DNA of 64,000 nt from an uncultured Candidatus Saccharibacteria bacterium (GCA_964487045.1 CAZAOT010000001.1:4875-68874), one strand, 5' to 3'; counted from the first letter of the stretch, positions 29,639 to 38,077 are shown. The notes: generated by a model not told the origin, from the sequence alone. Made by a program: numbers and translations.

Positions 29639-30804
29639 ACAGTAGGGTGGCCGTGCTTGGAGCGGGCCAGTTTGGCTTTGCTCTTGCTTGCCGATTGGCT
29701 CAAGGCGGGATAAAGACGGTTCTGTGGGGCCGTAGTCCGCATATTCTCAGCGGTCCGCGGGCAGTCTCACAGCGGTTCAGTGGTGGATCGCCGCCCCTTG
29801 GGCTTCAAGTTACTGGCGGATCAGGTCTTCCCAGCCTGGATGACTTTGACCTGGTCTTTGTCGCCACTGATTCTTCTGGACTCGCTGAGCTAGTCCCGAT
29901 GATCGCCCAGAGTGATATTGGCGATACGCCGGTTCTTCTTGTCCAGAAGGGTCTTGTGAATGGTGTCTCTCCCGTGGAATTCGCTAGCGCCGCCGGACTT
30001 AACGCCGGTTCGTTTACCGGCGCGGCCTTCGCAAGTGACATCTATCTCGGCTCTGAGGCGATGATGATCGTCGCAGCCGAGGACGTTACCCTCTGCATTA
30101 CAGTGATGGAGCTGCTTAAGCCCCTTAAGTTCTGGATAACTGCATGTAGTGATCCAGACGCGATCTGCGCTGCCAACGTAGCGCGAACGATCACCTCGAT
30201 CGAGATGGGTATTGTCAGCGGCTTCGCGGACTACTTGCAGCGCCAATCAAAGTATGCACTGGTGCCGCATAGGTCGCCTGACTTTACTCCAACCGAGATC
30301 GCGGCGGCCACCGCTAGCATCCAGTACGAGTGGCGGGTTGTCTCAGCGATGCTTAGTCCGGTGATTAACTCCTTGCTCTATCCAGAAGTAGTCTCGGATG
30401 ATGTTTCGATCGTGCGCAACATCAATCGCGAGCGCATTCTCAGGGTCCTTTCCGCTGACAACTACCTCTGCAGCGGGATGATACTCGACCGTAACGACAG
30501 GGGAGGAGATTCTCGGGTGACTCTGGGTCTTCCTCTCGCCACACCGGTCTCGCGCAACTGGCGGTTTGGCTATGCGCTTGGCTGCTGGCGTTATGTCCCG
30601 GATGCCATAAGGGCGGTTGCTGACCTTGGAGTGATCCAGGGGCAGCAGAACGCTCTTGATCTATACAAGCGGTTCGGTGCGAGCGCCCCGCCGTTTCTCA
30701 CCTCCCTTGGCCGAATCTTGACTGAAGTGTCAAAGGTCGAGGAGGAGATCCAGGTCATTCGCGATCGTCGCGATGCCTGGTATGAAAAGTACGCTTCTAG
30801 CTGA
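29635..30804 (+). CDS. divergent GpsA-like NAD(P)H-dependent glycerol-3-phosphate dehydrogenase homolog
   Basis: 389 aa, GC-rich. VAVLGAGQFGFALACRLAQGG...VLWGR aligns with the GpsA N-terminus, and further blocks are collinear (VLLVQKGL; FTGAAFA). ATGA overlap with the upstream fusion gene. Confidence 0.65.
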   Translation: MNSRVAVLGAGQFGFALACRLAQGGIKTVLWGRSPHILSGPRAVSQRFSGGSPPLGLQVTGGSGLPSLDDFDLVFVATDSSGLAELVPMIAQSDIGDTPVLLVQKGLVNGVSPVEFASAAGLNAGSFTGAAFASDIYLGSEAMMIVAAEDVTLCITVMELLKPLKFWITACSDPDAICAANVARTITSIEMGIVSGFADYLQRQSKYALVPHRSPDFTPTEIAAATASIQYEWRVVSAMLSPVINSLLYPEVVSDDVSIVRNINRERILRVLSADNYLCSGMILDRNDRGGDSRVTLGLPLATPVSRNWRFGYALGCWRYVPDAIRAVADLGVIQGQQNALDLYKRFGASAPPFLTSLGRILTEVSKVEEEIQVIRDRRDAWYEKYASS

Positions 30805-30822
30805 GCTATGCTCGGTCTTACA

Positions 30823-30860
30823 CGGGCTCCCGGAAGTTTTCCGGGAGCCCGTTTCTTTTT
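30823..30860 (+). terminator. intrinsic terminator (shared with convergent gene)
   Basis: CGGGCTCCCGG (30823-30833) pairs with CCGGGAGCCCG (30841-30851), followed by TTTCTTTTTT. Confidence 0.8.
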
Positions 30861-31729
30861 TAGTACAAATCTAACTTTGGTTTTTTCTTTTGATAATTTG
30901 CGAATGCTTTTTTCCAACTTTTTGACCAGTAACCGGGCTTCTTGCGGTAATCTTCAAACAGAAATAATCCGCAGTACGGACAAAGTTTCTCCAATTGTTC
31001 GCGCATCGAATCTTTATCCTCTGGCAGAGTTTTTCTTCCTAAATTGAAGCCCATAATTCGATCAATTGATCCAGCATTCGGGCAAGCATAATAGCCGTGC
31101 TTGGTAAGTGATTTGCCGCACTGGTTTAGAACTAGGCAGCCATTTCTAAAATCTGCATCCTTATATCGTTTGCGATCTCGAGGTGCAGCGTTGATAGAGA
31201 TAAAGTAGCCGTGTATTTGAGAGGTCTTTTTATTGTTTTGGATAATTATGCCTTCTGGCAACTTTTTAATCTCATCTTGAACTTTTTTACCGACCCCATT
31301 GGTGATGATTTTAATTTCTGATTTTGGTGAAAAATCGCGTTTATATTTTAAAAGCAAGCGAAACATCCCCATAGTTTCTGGTTCGAGCGTTGATTCTCCG
31401 CCATAAACCGTTATCCTTCCCCATTTCTTACCCGCTTTTTTCGACTCGGAAATAAATTTTTTCACTTGCTCAATCGTCATTTTCTCGCGCGATGGAGCTT
31501 GGCGACACATCTGAGAGCAGTCGTAACATTTGAGGTTGCAATGATAGGTGGTGATTAAATCTACTTTATTAGGGTCGCTTCTGTAAGCATAACCAAGTAT
31601 CTTGGTCACTCTAGGATTGATTCGAAAACGGTGCCAATTATCTTTTAAGAAAAAATAGCTCCAGCGAGCAGCTTTTTTCAGTGGTTTTATTCTATATACT
31701 ATCTTCCGAACAAAAAAGTTTTCTGTCAC
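30860..31729 (-). CDS. radical SAM protein
   Basis: 289 aa with CNLKCYDC (CxxxCxxC). AT-rich native composition. Confidence 0.75.
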   Translation of the reverse strand: MTENFFVRKIVYRIKPLKKAARWSYFFLKDNWHRFRINPRVTKILGYAYRSDPNKVDLITTYHCNLKCYDCSQMCRQAPSREKMTIEQVKKFISESKKAGKKWGRITVYGGESTLEPETMGMFRLLLKYKRDFSPKSEIKIITNGVGKKVQDEIKKLPEGIIIQNNKKTSQIHGYFISINAAPRDRKRYKDADFRNGCLVLNQCGKSLTKHGYYACPNAGSIDRIMGFNLGRKTLPEDKDSMREQLEKLCPYCGLFLFEDYRKKPGYWSKSWKKAFANYQKKKPKLDLY

Positions 31730-31734
31730 GTGGA

Positions 31735-32259
31735 CTATTTTATTTCAATTGATTCGATCTTATCACCGATTTTGATTTTCTTAACGATGTCCATGCCTGA
31801 ACTGACCTTGCCAAAATATGTATACTGCTTGTTTAGGAATGAGCAGTCGACTGTGCAGATGAAGAATTGGTCGGCATTTGAAACTTTAATATCGCCGGCC
31901 CTGGCAATACCTACCGCTCCCTCTGAAAAATTGCTGTCAGATAACTCAGTTGCTTGATCGCCACCGCCGGTGCCGTCTCCCTTTGGGTCACCTCCTTGTA
32001 CGACCCAATCCTCGACGCGGTGAAAAGTTCTCCCAGCATACTCACCGGCAGTAACTTTCTTGATGAAATTATCGACTGTGTTTGGTGCCGACTTAGCGTC
32101 GAGGTCGATTGTAAAACTTCCAGCATTTGTTTTGATAGTAGCCTTCTTATTAATCACATTATTCACGATATTTTCCTTCGATGTCTGCTTGCTAGATGCG
32201 CAAGCGGTTAATGTTAGAGCGAGCCCAAAAACAAAAAAAGCGATAAATATTTTTCTCAT
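31735..32259 (-). CDS. cyclophilin-type peptidyl-prolyl isomerase, lipoprotein
   Basis: FHRVEDWVVQGGDP cyclophilin core. Lipobox LTLTAC after the MRKIFIAFFVFGLA signal peptide (start taken at the second Met, 32259). Confidence 0.85.
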   Translation of the reverse strand: MRKIFIAFFVFGLALTLTACASSKQTSKENIVNNVINKKATIKTNAGSFTIDLDAKSAPNTVDNFIKKVTAGEYAGRTFHRVEDWVVQGGDPKGDGTGGGDQATELSDSNFSEGAVGIARAGDIKVSNADQFFICTVDCSFLNKQYTYFGKVSSGMDIVKKIKIGDKIESIEIK

Positions 32260-32301
32260 AAAGACAATGTAAAACAACTTAGCCGTTTTGGCAAATCAAT
32301 G

Positions 32302-33474
32302 TTATCTGTTAGATAGGTCACCAATAATTTTTTTGTATGTAGCGACGCTCTTTCTTGGTTTGCGGTCAATTGTATGCAGACCAAACATCATCGAGTAACC
32401 ACTGGCCCACTCAAAGTTATCAAGAAGCGACCAATAGAAATAGCCACGAAGATCATATCCGTCCTTTATCGACTCGCCAAGCTCCTGAAAAACGTTCTCT
32501 AGATAAGCTTGGCGCTTATCGTCATCGATCGTGTCATCGCAAGGAATGCCGTTTTCAGTAATATAAATTGGTTTATTATATTTGCTTGCCTCCTTGATAA
32601 CTTCACAAATTCCAGACGGCTTTTGGATCCAGTGATATTTTTCTTTTTCGGTAATTCGATCGCGGATGAATTTTGGGCTAAAACAGACGAAATGACTCAA
32701 ATAATGATTGATACCTACAAAATCAAAATGTCCCTTTATCTTGTTTAAGAAAAATTCGTTAACTAACCATTTGGCAAGACCAGTTAGTAGTCTATCTTGC
32801 CAAACGGGACGAGAAGGGAAAAATGCGCTCATATTATAAGCAATTCCAATTTGAATATCCTTACTTTCTTTTTTCATTGCTAAATAGGACTGCTTTTGGG
32901 CTGAAATAAGATTAAAAAAAGTTCTGACGCCGTCTAGGTATGCGCCTCGTCTTCCAGGATACCAGTTCCCAGCGATGAATCCGGTCATTACATAGACATT
33001 TGGTTCGTTTAGGACAGACCATAGCTTCACTTCATTGCCGAACTCCTTCGCCATCCTAGAGGCAAACCTAGCAAAATACCAAGGGGCTTTGCGATTGGTC
33101 AGGCCTCCCTTGTCATCTAGCCAGACGGGTAGGGTGAAGTGAAACAGCGTCACCATAGGCTCAATTTTGTTTCTATTGAGCTCGGCAATTATTTCCCGGT
33201 AATGTTCAACAGCCTCTTGATTGAATTTTCCTTCTTCGGGCTCGATTCGTGACCATTCTATCGAAAAACGATAAGCATTTTGAGAAGAATCCTTCAGAAG
33301 TTTAATATCATCACGCCATTTATTGTAACTATCCGCCGCTATTTCAGCAGTATCATGATTATGAATCTTTCCGGGAAGTTTCTCCCACTCAGACCAGTCA
33401 TTGTGCTGGTGCCCTTCGATTTGGTGAGCGCTTGTGGCTGAGCCGAATAAAAATCCTTTTGGAAATTTTATCAT
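32302..33474 (-). CDS. glycoside hydrolase family 1 beta-glucosidase
   Basis: 390 aa with NEPN (acid/base Glu) and ITENG (nucleophile Glu) motifs. Confidence 0.9.
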   Translation of the reverse strand: MIKFPKGFLFGSATSAHQIEGHQHNDWSEWEKLPGKIHNHDTAEIAADSYNKWRDDIKLLKDSSQNAYRFSIEWSRIEPEEGKFNQEAVEHYREIIAELNRNKIEPMVTLFHFTLPVWLDDKGGLTNRKAPWYFARFASRMAKEFGNEVKLWSVLNEPNVYVMTGFIAGNWYPGRRGAYLDGVRTFFNLISAQKQSYLAMKKESKDIQIGIAYNMSAFFPSRPVWQDRLLTGLAKWLVNEFFLNKIKGHFDFVGINHYLSHFVCFSPKFIRDRITEKEKYHWIQKPSGICEVIKEASKYNKPIYITENGIPCDDTIDDDKRQAYLENVFQELGESIKDGYDLRGYFYWSLLDNFEWASGYSMMFGLHTIDRKPRKSVATYKKIIGDLSNR

Positions 33475-33893
33475 CTGACTTTTTTTGAATATTTAGTAAT
33501 CAGATCTTTTACTCCAGCGATGACCGCGTCGCGTACTTCAGGATCACTTTGCGCCACCCAAATTGCCAGGTTGTAGAGCTTAGCCGGCTGAATTGTCATC
33601 CATCTTTTATTTAAGAACAAAAAGATAAGCAATGTTGTGACGGCAATGCGCTTGTTGCCATTTTGAAAGGGATGGTTTTTGATGAGTAGATAAAATAATA
33701 CCGCCGCCTTTTCTTCGAATTCAGGATAGAGATCCTTGCGATTATAGGTCTGAAAGGGTACAGCAAGACAGCTTTCCAGCACTTTTGGAAATCTTGTCTC
33801 AAACGCAGGGATTGGTTCATCCCAAGCCATAGTAGCGATGGCGAGCTGGTGAGCAATATCTTTGATGTGATCAACTCCAATACGCTTGATCAT
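33471..33893 (-). CDS. doc: Doc (death-on-curing) Fic-family toxin
   Basis: 140 aa with Fic/Doc motif HPFQNGNKR. ATGA overlap with the upstream HTH gene. Confidence 0.88.
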   Translation of the reverse strand: MIKRIGVDHIKDIAHQLAIATMAWDEPIPAFETRFPKVLESCLAVPFQTYNRKDLYPEFEEKAAVLFYLLIKNHPFQNGNKRIAVTTLLIFLFLNKRWMTIQPAKLYNLAIWVAQSDPEVRDAVIAGVKDLITKYSKKVR

Positions 33894-34147
33894 TCTGCTC
33901 CCAAGTCCTTAATGACCGACCCATAATCTCGAAGTGTTTTCTCTACACCCTTAGTAATCAGAGACTTATCGTTGCCAGAAATTTCCCCCGTAATTTTATT
34001 GAGCTCTCCGATTGGTATCAGGTAATTTTTACCAAAACGCTCAGACTTAATAAGCCCAGCCTTTACTCTTCTAAAGATCTGAGATCTGCTCATACCGATT
34101 GCAAGTGCGAAATCGGGGATAGTGATAAATTCCTTTTCATGTTGCAT
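33890..34147 (-). CDS. helix-turn-helix antitoxin partner of Doc
   Basis: 85 aa. N-terminal excisionase/MerR-like HTH (FITIPDFALAIGMSRSQIFRRVKAGLI). Translationally coupled to doc. Confidence 0.75.
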   Translation of the reverse strand: MQHEKEFITIPDFALAIGMSRSQIFRRVKAGLIKSERFGKNYLIPIGELNKITGEISGNDKSLITKGVEKTLRDYGSVIKDLGAE

Positions 34148-34155
34148 ATAAGTAT

Positions 34156-34195
34156 ATTATGAAACATATGTTGCATCTTGTCAATAGTATGCAAC
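34156..34195 (-). promoter_or_regulatory. TA-operon promoter with overlapping inverted-repeat operator
   Basis: On the minus strand: TTGACA (34184-34179), 17 nt, then CATAAT (34161-34156). GTTGCAT (34170-34176) and ATGCAAC (34189-34195) flank the -35 box. A third GTTGCAT copy covers the start codon (34141-34147). Confidence 0.6.
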
Positions 34196-34196
34196 C

Positions 34197-34221
34197 AAAA
34201 AGAACCATCTTGCAATGGTTC
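34197..34221 (-). terminator. putative intrinsic terminator (minus strand)
   Basis: GAACCAT (34202-34208) pairs with ATGGTTC (34215-34221), with a T-run on the minus strand (plus-strand A-run 34197-34201). Confidence 0.4.
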
Positions 34222-34533
34222 CTTCGGGTGTCTAGCTATAAACTGGTTCGAAGATAGCTTAAACTCTTAACATAAGCTTACCATGAGTTGTCAATGGGGG
34301 TTAGGTAATATAAAAAGCCGGTTTGTTGCCGGTATTTCATTTTTGGCGGAGCGATTTTTGAGAGCTTTTGCGAGGTGGAATCGCAAAATTCCTAAGCAAA
34401 AATCTAATGTATGAGGGATTCGGTCAGCGGTCAAAATTTGCTATTTTTTCCTTATGGAGGGATCCTCGTAAGGCTGGGCAAAGCCCATCTTCCTTGCGCA
34501 CCCTCGTCGAGGGTTCGATCCTTTCCCTCGCAG

Positions 34534-34558
34534 AAATAAAACACCGACACGAGGTCGG
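34534..34558 (-). terminator. terminator downstream of tRNA-Ser(GCU)
   Basis: CCGAC (34544-34548) pairs with GTCGG (34554-34558), with T-rich tracts on both sides, immediately 3' of the tRNA. Confidence 0.5.
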
Positions 34559-34569
34559 CATTTTATTTC

Positions 34570-34659
34570 TGGCGGAGAGGGAGGGATTCGAACCCTCGGG
34601 CCCCTTGCGAGACCAACACATTAGCAGTGTGTCCCATTCGACCACTCTGGCACCTCTCC
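34570..34659 (-). tRNA. tRNA-Ser (anticodon GCU)
   Basis: 90 nt. Acceptor GGAGAGG/CCTCTCC, anticodon arm ACACA-CTGCTAA-TGTGT, long variable arm, T arm GAGGG-TTCGAAT-CCCTC, encoded CCA. Confidence 0.92.
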
Positions 34660-34722
34660 ACTCCTGAAATTTTAGCACAAAAAATGAAAAACTCAATTAA
34701 TTGCTAGCTTATTTGAGACTCT

Positions 34723-35628
34723 CTATTTTTTAAGCTCTAGGTAGACCAAAGTCCAGTATGATGAGAAATAAGCCTGTACGATGCCAGCTAGAAAAAACAT
34801 CACGGCCAAAAATGGAATTCCTAGAATTATCGAATAAACGACGGTACTGATTAGGCCGAGCGTCGTATAAACCCCGAAACCAATTAGGGAAAGTATCAGA
34901 CCGATGACTCCGATAACTATCAAAATCCCAAGTCCAGCACCCATATTTAGAACCATTTGTAGAAGCATCGCTAAAATCGAATTGCCAAGATTAGCTTTAA
35001 TTTTTCTAAGAGATCTTACAAAAGCCTCGTAAGTACCTGCCTTTTCCAGAACAATTTCCCTCTTGGCATATTCGACTGTTGGAACTAATCCAAAGCAGAT
35101 TAAAATCATTCCAAGAATGCCGACGAATACTAGGATTCCACCCAAAATGTAAATCGGTAGCGCCTGAACAAAGACCATAAGTAGAATTGGCATGGCCATA
35201 AATACTAACATCCAACCCATGACCAAGGCGCAGACTAACAGTCCGAGAAGAAATAATTTTCCAGCGTAACCCTTGCTAGATGCCCACGCCTGTGAAAAAT
35301 TCTTGAAGTGAGTTTTATTTTCAATTTTATCTACTGAGTTTATAAGCCCTGCTTCTGCTCGAAGAGATAAATAAATAAAAACAATTGCCAAGACAAACAT
35401 GATAAGGGTAGCGATAATTATCGCTGATTCGTGCGTTGAGACCCAATTTGAAATATTATCAGCAATAGGACCAACCTGATCTGATTCATTCATGTTATAT
35501 CCAGAGGACATGCTGTTTGGCATACTGCTTGATCCACCTGCCAAGGAAGCAAGTACTCCAAGACCCCATAAATATCGGTAATGTTTTATATTCTGGAAAG
35601 ATTTCGAAATAATTTTGCCAAAGTCCAT
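34723..35628 (-). CDS. polytopic membrane protein, unknown function
   Basis: 301 aa, about 6 TM segments, AT-rich native composition. Confidence 0.65.
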   Translation of the reverse strand: MDFGKIISKSFQNIKHYRYLWGLGVLASLAGGSSSMPNSMSSGYNMNESDQVGPIADNISNWVSTHESAIIIATLIMFVLAIVFIYLSLRAEAGLINSVDKIENKTHFKNFSQAWASSKGYAGKLFLLGLLVCALVMGWMLVFMAMPILLMVFVQALPIYILGGILVFVGILGMILICFGLVPTVEYAKREIVLEKAGTYEAFVRSLRKIKANLGNSILAMLLQMVLNMGAGLGILIVIGVIGLILSLIGFGVYTTLGLISTVVYSIILGIPFLAVMFFLAGIVQAYFSSYWTLVYLELKK

Positions 35629-35700
35629 ATTTTCTCCAATTTATTTATATTTTAATTATAAACTTTTTTTTAGGAGTTTGTCTTCTGCTAGAATAATACT

Positions 35701-36828
35701 ATGAAGCGAGATACTAAGATATTTATTACTCTGCTAATTTTTTTCCTAGCAGTTTTGGCTTTCTTCTGTAAGAAGGAGTATGAAAATCTTGATTATTTTT
35801 TGCCGCTTGCTAACTCGATCTTGCATGGAAAATTCAGTGTTAATTGCAACCTAGCGCTAAACGAACTCGTAAACATCAAAAATAGATGCTTTGTAGTTTA
35901 TCCGCCGGCGCCGGCGATCGCACTACTACCGTTTGCGCTTTTATTTGGCAGCAAATTAAGCCAAGTATACCCTGGAATCATCTATGCCTCGCTCGCCGGC
36001 GCCTTGTTCTATCTGGTTCTAAGACGTCTCACAAAAGAACCAGAAGCAATAGCGCTTAGTTTATTTCTGATGTTTGGCACTAATTTCTTCATGATTTCGC
36101 TGATTGGAAGGTCATGGTATTTTGCCCATGTCACCGGAATATTTTTCATGGTTATTTCAGTACTCTTTGCCCTCAAAAAAAAGCCATACTTAGCTGGAAT
36201 TTTCTTAGGCTTAGCTGGCATGAGCCGTTTGCCGATGCTCTTTGCTTTTCCAGCAGTCTTATATCTTCTCAAACCTACCAAAAAAGATTATATAAAGTTT
36301 TTTATTCCAGTTAGCGCAGTTGTTCTTATTTTCTTAGCCTATAATTACTATCGTTTCGGCTCGATATTTCAAACTGGCTACTCCCTGATTCCGGGAGTGC
36401 TTGATGAAGCTTGGTACAAGCAGGGGATTATGTCGCTTAGCTATATACCTAGAAATCTCAAAGCGATGTTCCTGCAAATGCCAGAATATATATCCGTTTT
36501 CCCTTGGTTTGTTCCCAAGACTTATGCCATGGCCTTGTGGCTAACTTCGCCGGCCCTTCTGCTTCTTGTTTTTGGCCTTAAGGACAAGCGCTCCTTAGTA
36601 ATGATGCTGAGCTTCGCTTTAATAATTTTCACCGATTTAATGCACGGCGCGGTCGGATTTAGTCAGTTTGGTTACAGATTTGCGCTTGATGGAATGATTT
36701 TTCTTATTATCGCGATGATTCCAGCCCTTGAGTCACAGCCGATACTATCACTAAGCTTAATCTTTGTAAGTGTAGTGATAAACTTTTACGCTGTTTTGGA
36801 ATATGCGCTTGGTTACTTTCATCCTTAA
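35701..36828 (+). CDS. polytopic membrane protein, probable GT-C-fold glycosyltransferase (ArnT/PMT-like)
   Basis: 375 aa, about 10 TM segments. Functional call is tentative. Confidence 0.55.
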   Translation: MKRDTKIFITLLIFFLAVLAFFCKKEYENLDYFLPLANSILHGKFSVNCNLALNELVNIKNRCFVVYPPAPAIALLPFALLFGSKLSQVYPGIIYASLAGALFYLVLRRLTKEPEAIALSLFLMFGTNFFMISLIGRSWYFAHVTGIFFMVISVLFALKKKPYLAGIFLGLAGMSRLPMLFAFPAVLYLLKPTKKDYIKFFIPVSAVVLIFLAYNYYRFGSIFQTGYSLIPGVLDEAWYKQGIMSLSYIPRNLKAMFLQMPEYISVFPWFVPKTYAMALWLTSPALLLLVFGLKDKRSLVMMLSFALIIFTDLMHGAVGFSQFGYRFALDGMIFLIIAMIPALESQPILSLSLIFVSVVINFYAVLEYALGYFHP

Positions 36829-37220
36829 ATATCGATTCTGCTATAATTAATCTGTACTAATTTTTCTGCAAAACATTTACTTCTGCGTGAAGTATCTCAA
36901 AAGAGGGGGCACCCCGATTAAATTTACATATTTAACGGGTCGAGGTGACGTACTTTTTTCGCCTAAAATCTGATAGGTAATCGTTCAGTCTCGCCTGGCA
37001 CCCTATTGCATAGCGCGATAGAACTATCACAAGTCTAACAACCTCTTTTTGCTCGCTTTGTTAAAGTCGAAATCATTTCTTTGGTTTTTACAAAGTAGAG
37101 CTAAGCGAAACCAGTCGCTATTATTAGTTTTTTGTTCGAAGGAGGGGAAAATTCGGCAATTGTTTTGTTAGTGATTTTTTTCATACTAATGAGTGGGCGG
37201 TAAGATTTTAAAAAATATTT

Positions 37221-37264
37221 AAACAAAAGAGGCGGGAGCGAAGGGGTTGCCCTTCGCTCCCGCC
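37221..37264 (-). terminator. intrinsic terminator of the GC-rich small-protein operon
   Basis: GGCGGGAGCGAAGGG pairs with CCCTTCGCTCCCGCC (37231-37264), followed on the minus strand by TCTTTTGTTT. Confidence 0.8.
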
Positions 37265-37270
37265 GGGATG

Positions 37271-37423
37271 CTACGCGCTTTTCGCGCGCTTGATGTGGTA
37301 GGCGAGTGAGATGATGGCGCACACCCCACAGAAGAATGGGATTGCGCGTATGTGCTCACCTCCATAGGCCTCAATAAGGCCGCCAGTGACCAGCGATAGA
37401 ATCGAATAGCCCAGAAGACTCAT
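37271..37423 (-). CDS. 50-aa two-TM peptide (gene D of GC-rich operon)
   Basis: MSLLGYSILSLVTGGLIEAYGGEHIRAIPFFCGVCAIISLAYHIKRAKSA. RBS TAGGAG overlaps the stop of gene C. Not in the ORF track because of its size. Confidence 0.55.
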   Translation of the reverse strand: MSLLGYSILSLVTGGLIEAYGGEHIRAIPFFCGVCAIISLAYHIKRAKSA

Positions 37424-37433
37424 CGTGATACTC

Positions 37434-37709
37434 CTATTCTAATCCCAGAGTTGCTCCGCCGGCAAAGCGGCGTTCTGTTTCAGCGAGGAGAGCCTTTCCC
37501 TCGATCGTCACCATGTTGTCCGACATGATTCCTTGCTTGTCTGGACAAATGATGAGTTCTGCTTCGCCTGTCAGTCTGACTTCAGCGGAACTCGTTTCCG
37601 CTATCTCGACAAAAAGAGGTGGCTCGTGTGAGCCAGACTTATTCTTCAGACAGACCCAGATACGCGAGCCGACAGGTTGGCGCCTGAGGTCGAAGAAGTT
37701 TAGCTTCAC
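37434..37709 (-). CDS. 91-aa soluble protein (gene C of GC-rich operon)
   Basis: GTG at 37709, preceded by GAGGAGG. GTGA start/stop overlap with gene B. VKLNFFDLRRQPVGSRIWVCLKNK... No family recognised. Confidence 0.6.
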   Translation of the reverse strand: MKLNFFDLRRQPVGSRIWVCLKNKSGSHEPPLFVEIAETSSAEVRLTGEAELIICPDKQGIMSDNMVTIEGKALLAETERRFAGGATLGLE

Positions 37710-37927
37710 GCTACCTCCTCGCTTGACGCTTCGGCTGTTTCTTCTCTTCTTCCTCTGAACGAAGAGATGATGGCAAGGCCGCCACAGAAGATGCAATTGC
37801 CGCTTGCGAGGAGAGTCACTGAGACTGGCACGTCCTGCTTGATGTAGAGAATACCGAGCAGGACAAGTCCCATGGCGATTAGTCCGAGACCGCTAAGGAT
37901 CAGGCTTATATCCGGTTTGTATTTCAT
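37706..37927 (-). CDS. 73-aa two-TM protein (gene B of GC-rich operon)
   Basis: MKYKPDISLILSGLGLIAMGLVLLGILYIK...NCIFCGGLAIISSF. RBS AAGGGAAAG. Starts 15 nt after the gene A stop. Confidence 0.65.
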   Translation of the reverse strand: MKYKPDISLILSGLGLIAMGLVLLGILYIKQDVPVSVTLLASGNCIFCGGLAIISSFRGRREETAEASSEEVA

Positions 37928-37942
37928 TGGTGCTTTCCCTTT

Positions 37943-38077
37943 CTAGCGCGTGAATGCGAACTGGGGAAGGTGCTGCCAGGCGAGAGCAATGGCAGCACAG
38001 AAGATGATCACTAGTCCTACCAAGGCGAGGTAGGCCGGCAGATTGTGCCTTTCTGATTCTAGGAATCTTAGTCGCAT
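37943..38077 (-). CDS. 44-aa single-TM peptide (gene A of GC-rich operon)
   Basis: MRLRFLESERHNLPAYLALVGLVIIFCAAIALAWQHLPQFAFTR. RBS AGGGAGAGGG lies 3 nt upstream of the ATG at 38077. Confidence 0.5.
   Translation of the reverse strand: MRLRFLESERHNLPAYLALVGLVIIFCAAIALAWQHLPQFAFTR

Noticed and set aside
34330-34540. tmRNA or SRP RNA
   Set aside because: There is a GGTTCGATCC T-loop-like motif. There is no G3:U70 acceptor, no tag-peptide reading frame ending in a hydrophobic tail, and no GGAA-tetraloop/AGCA SRP domain IV motif.
34368-34696. 99-aa (+) and 90-aa (-) ORFs
   Set aside because: Both overlap the tRNA-Ser(GCU) gene and its terminator. Neither has an RBS.
37101-37322. 73-aa minus-strand ORF
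   Set aside because: It reads through the operon terminator hairpin and overlaps gene D out of frame. It has no RBS.
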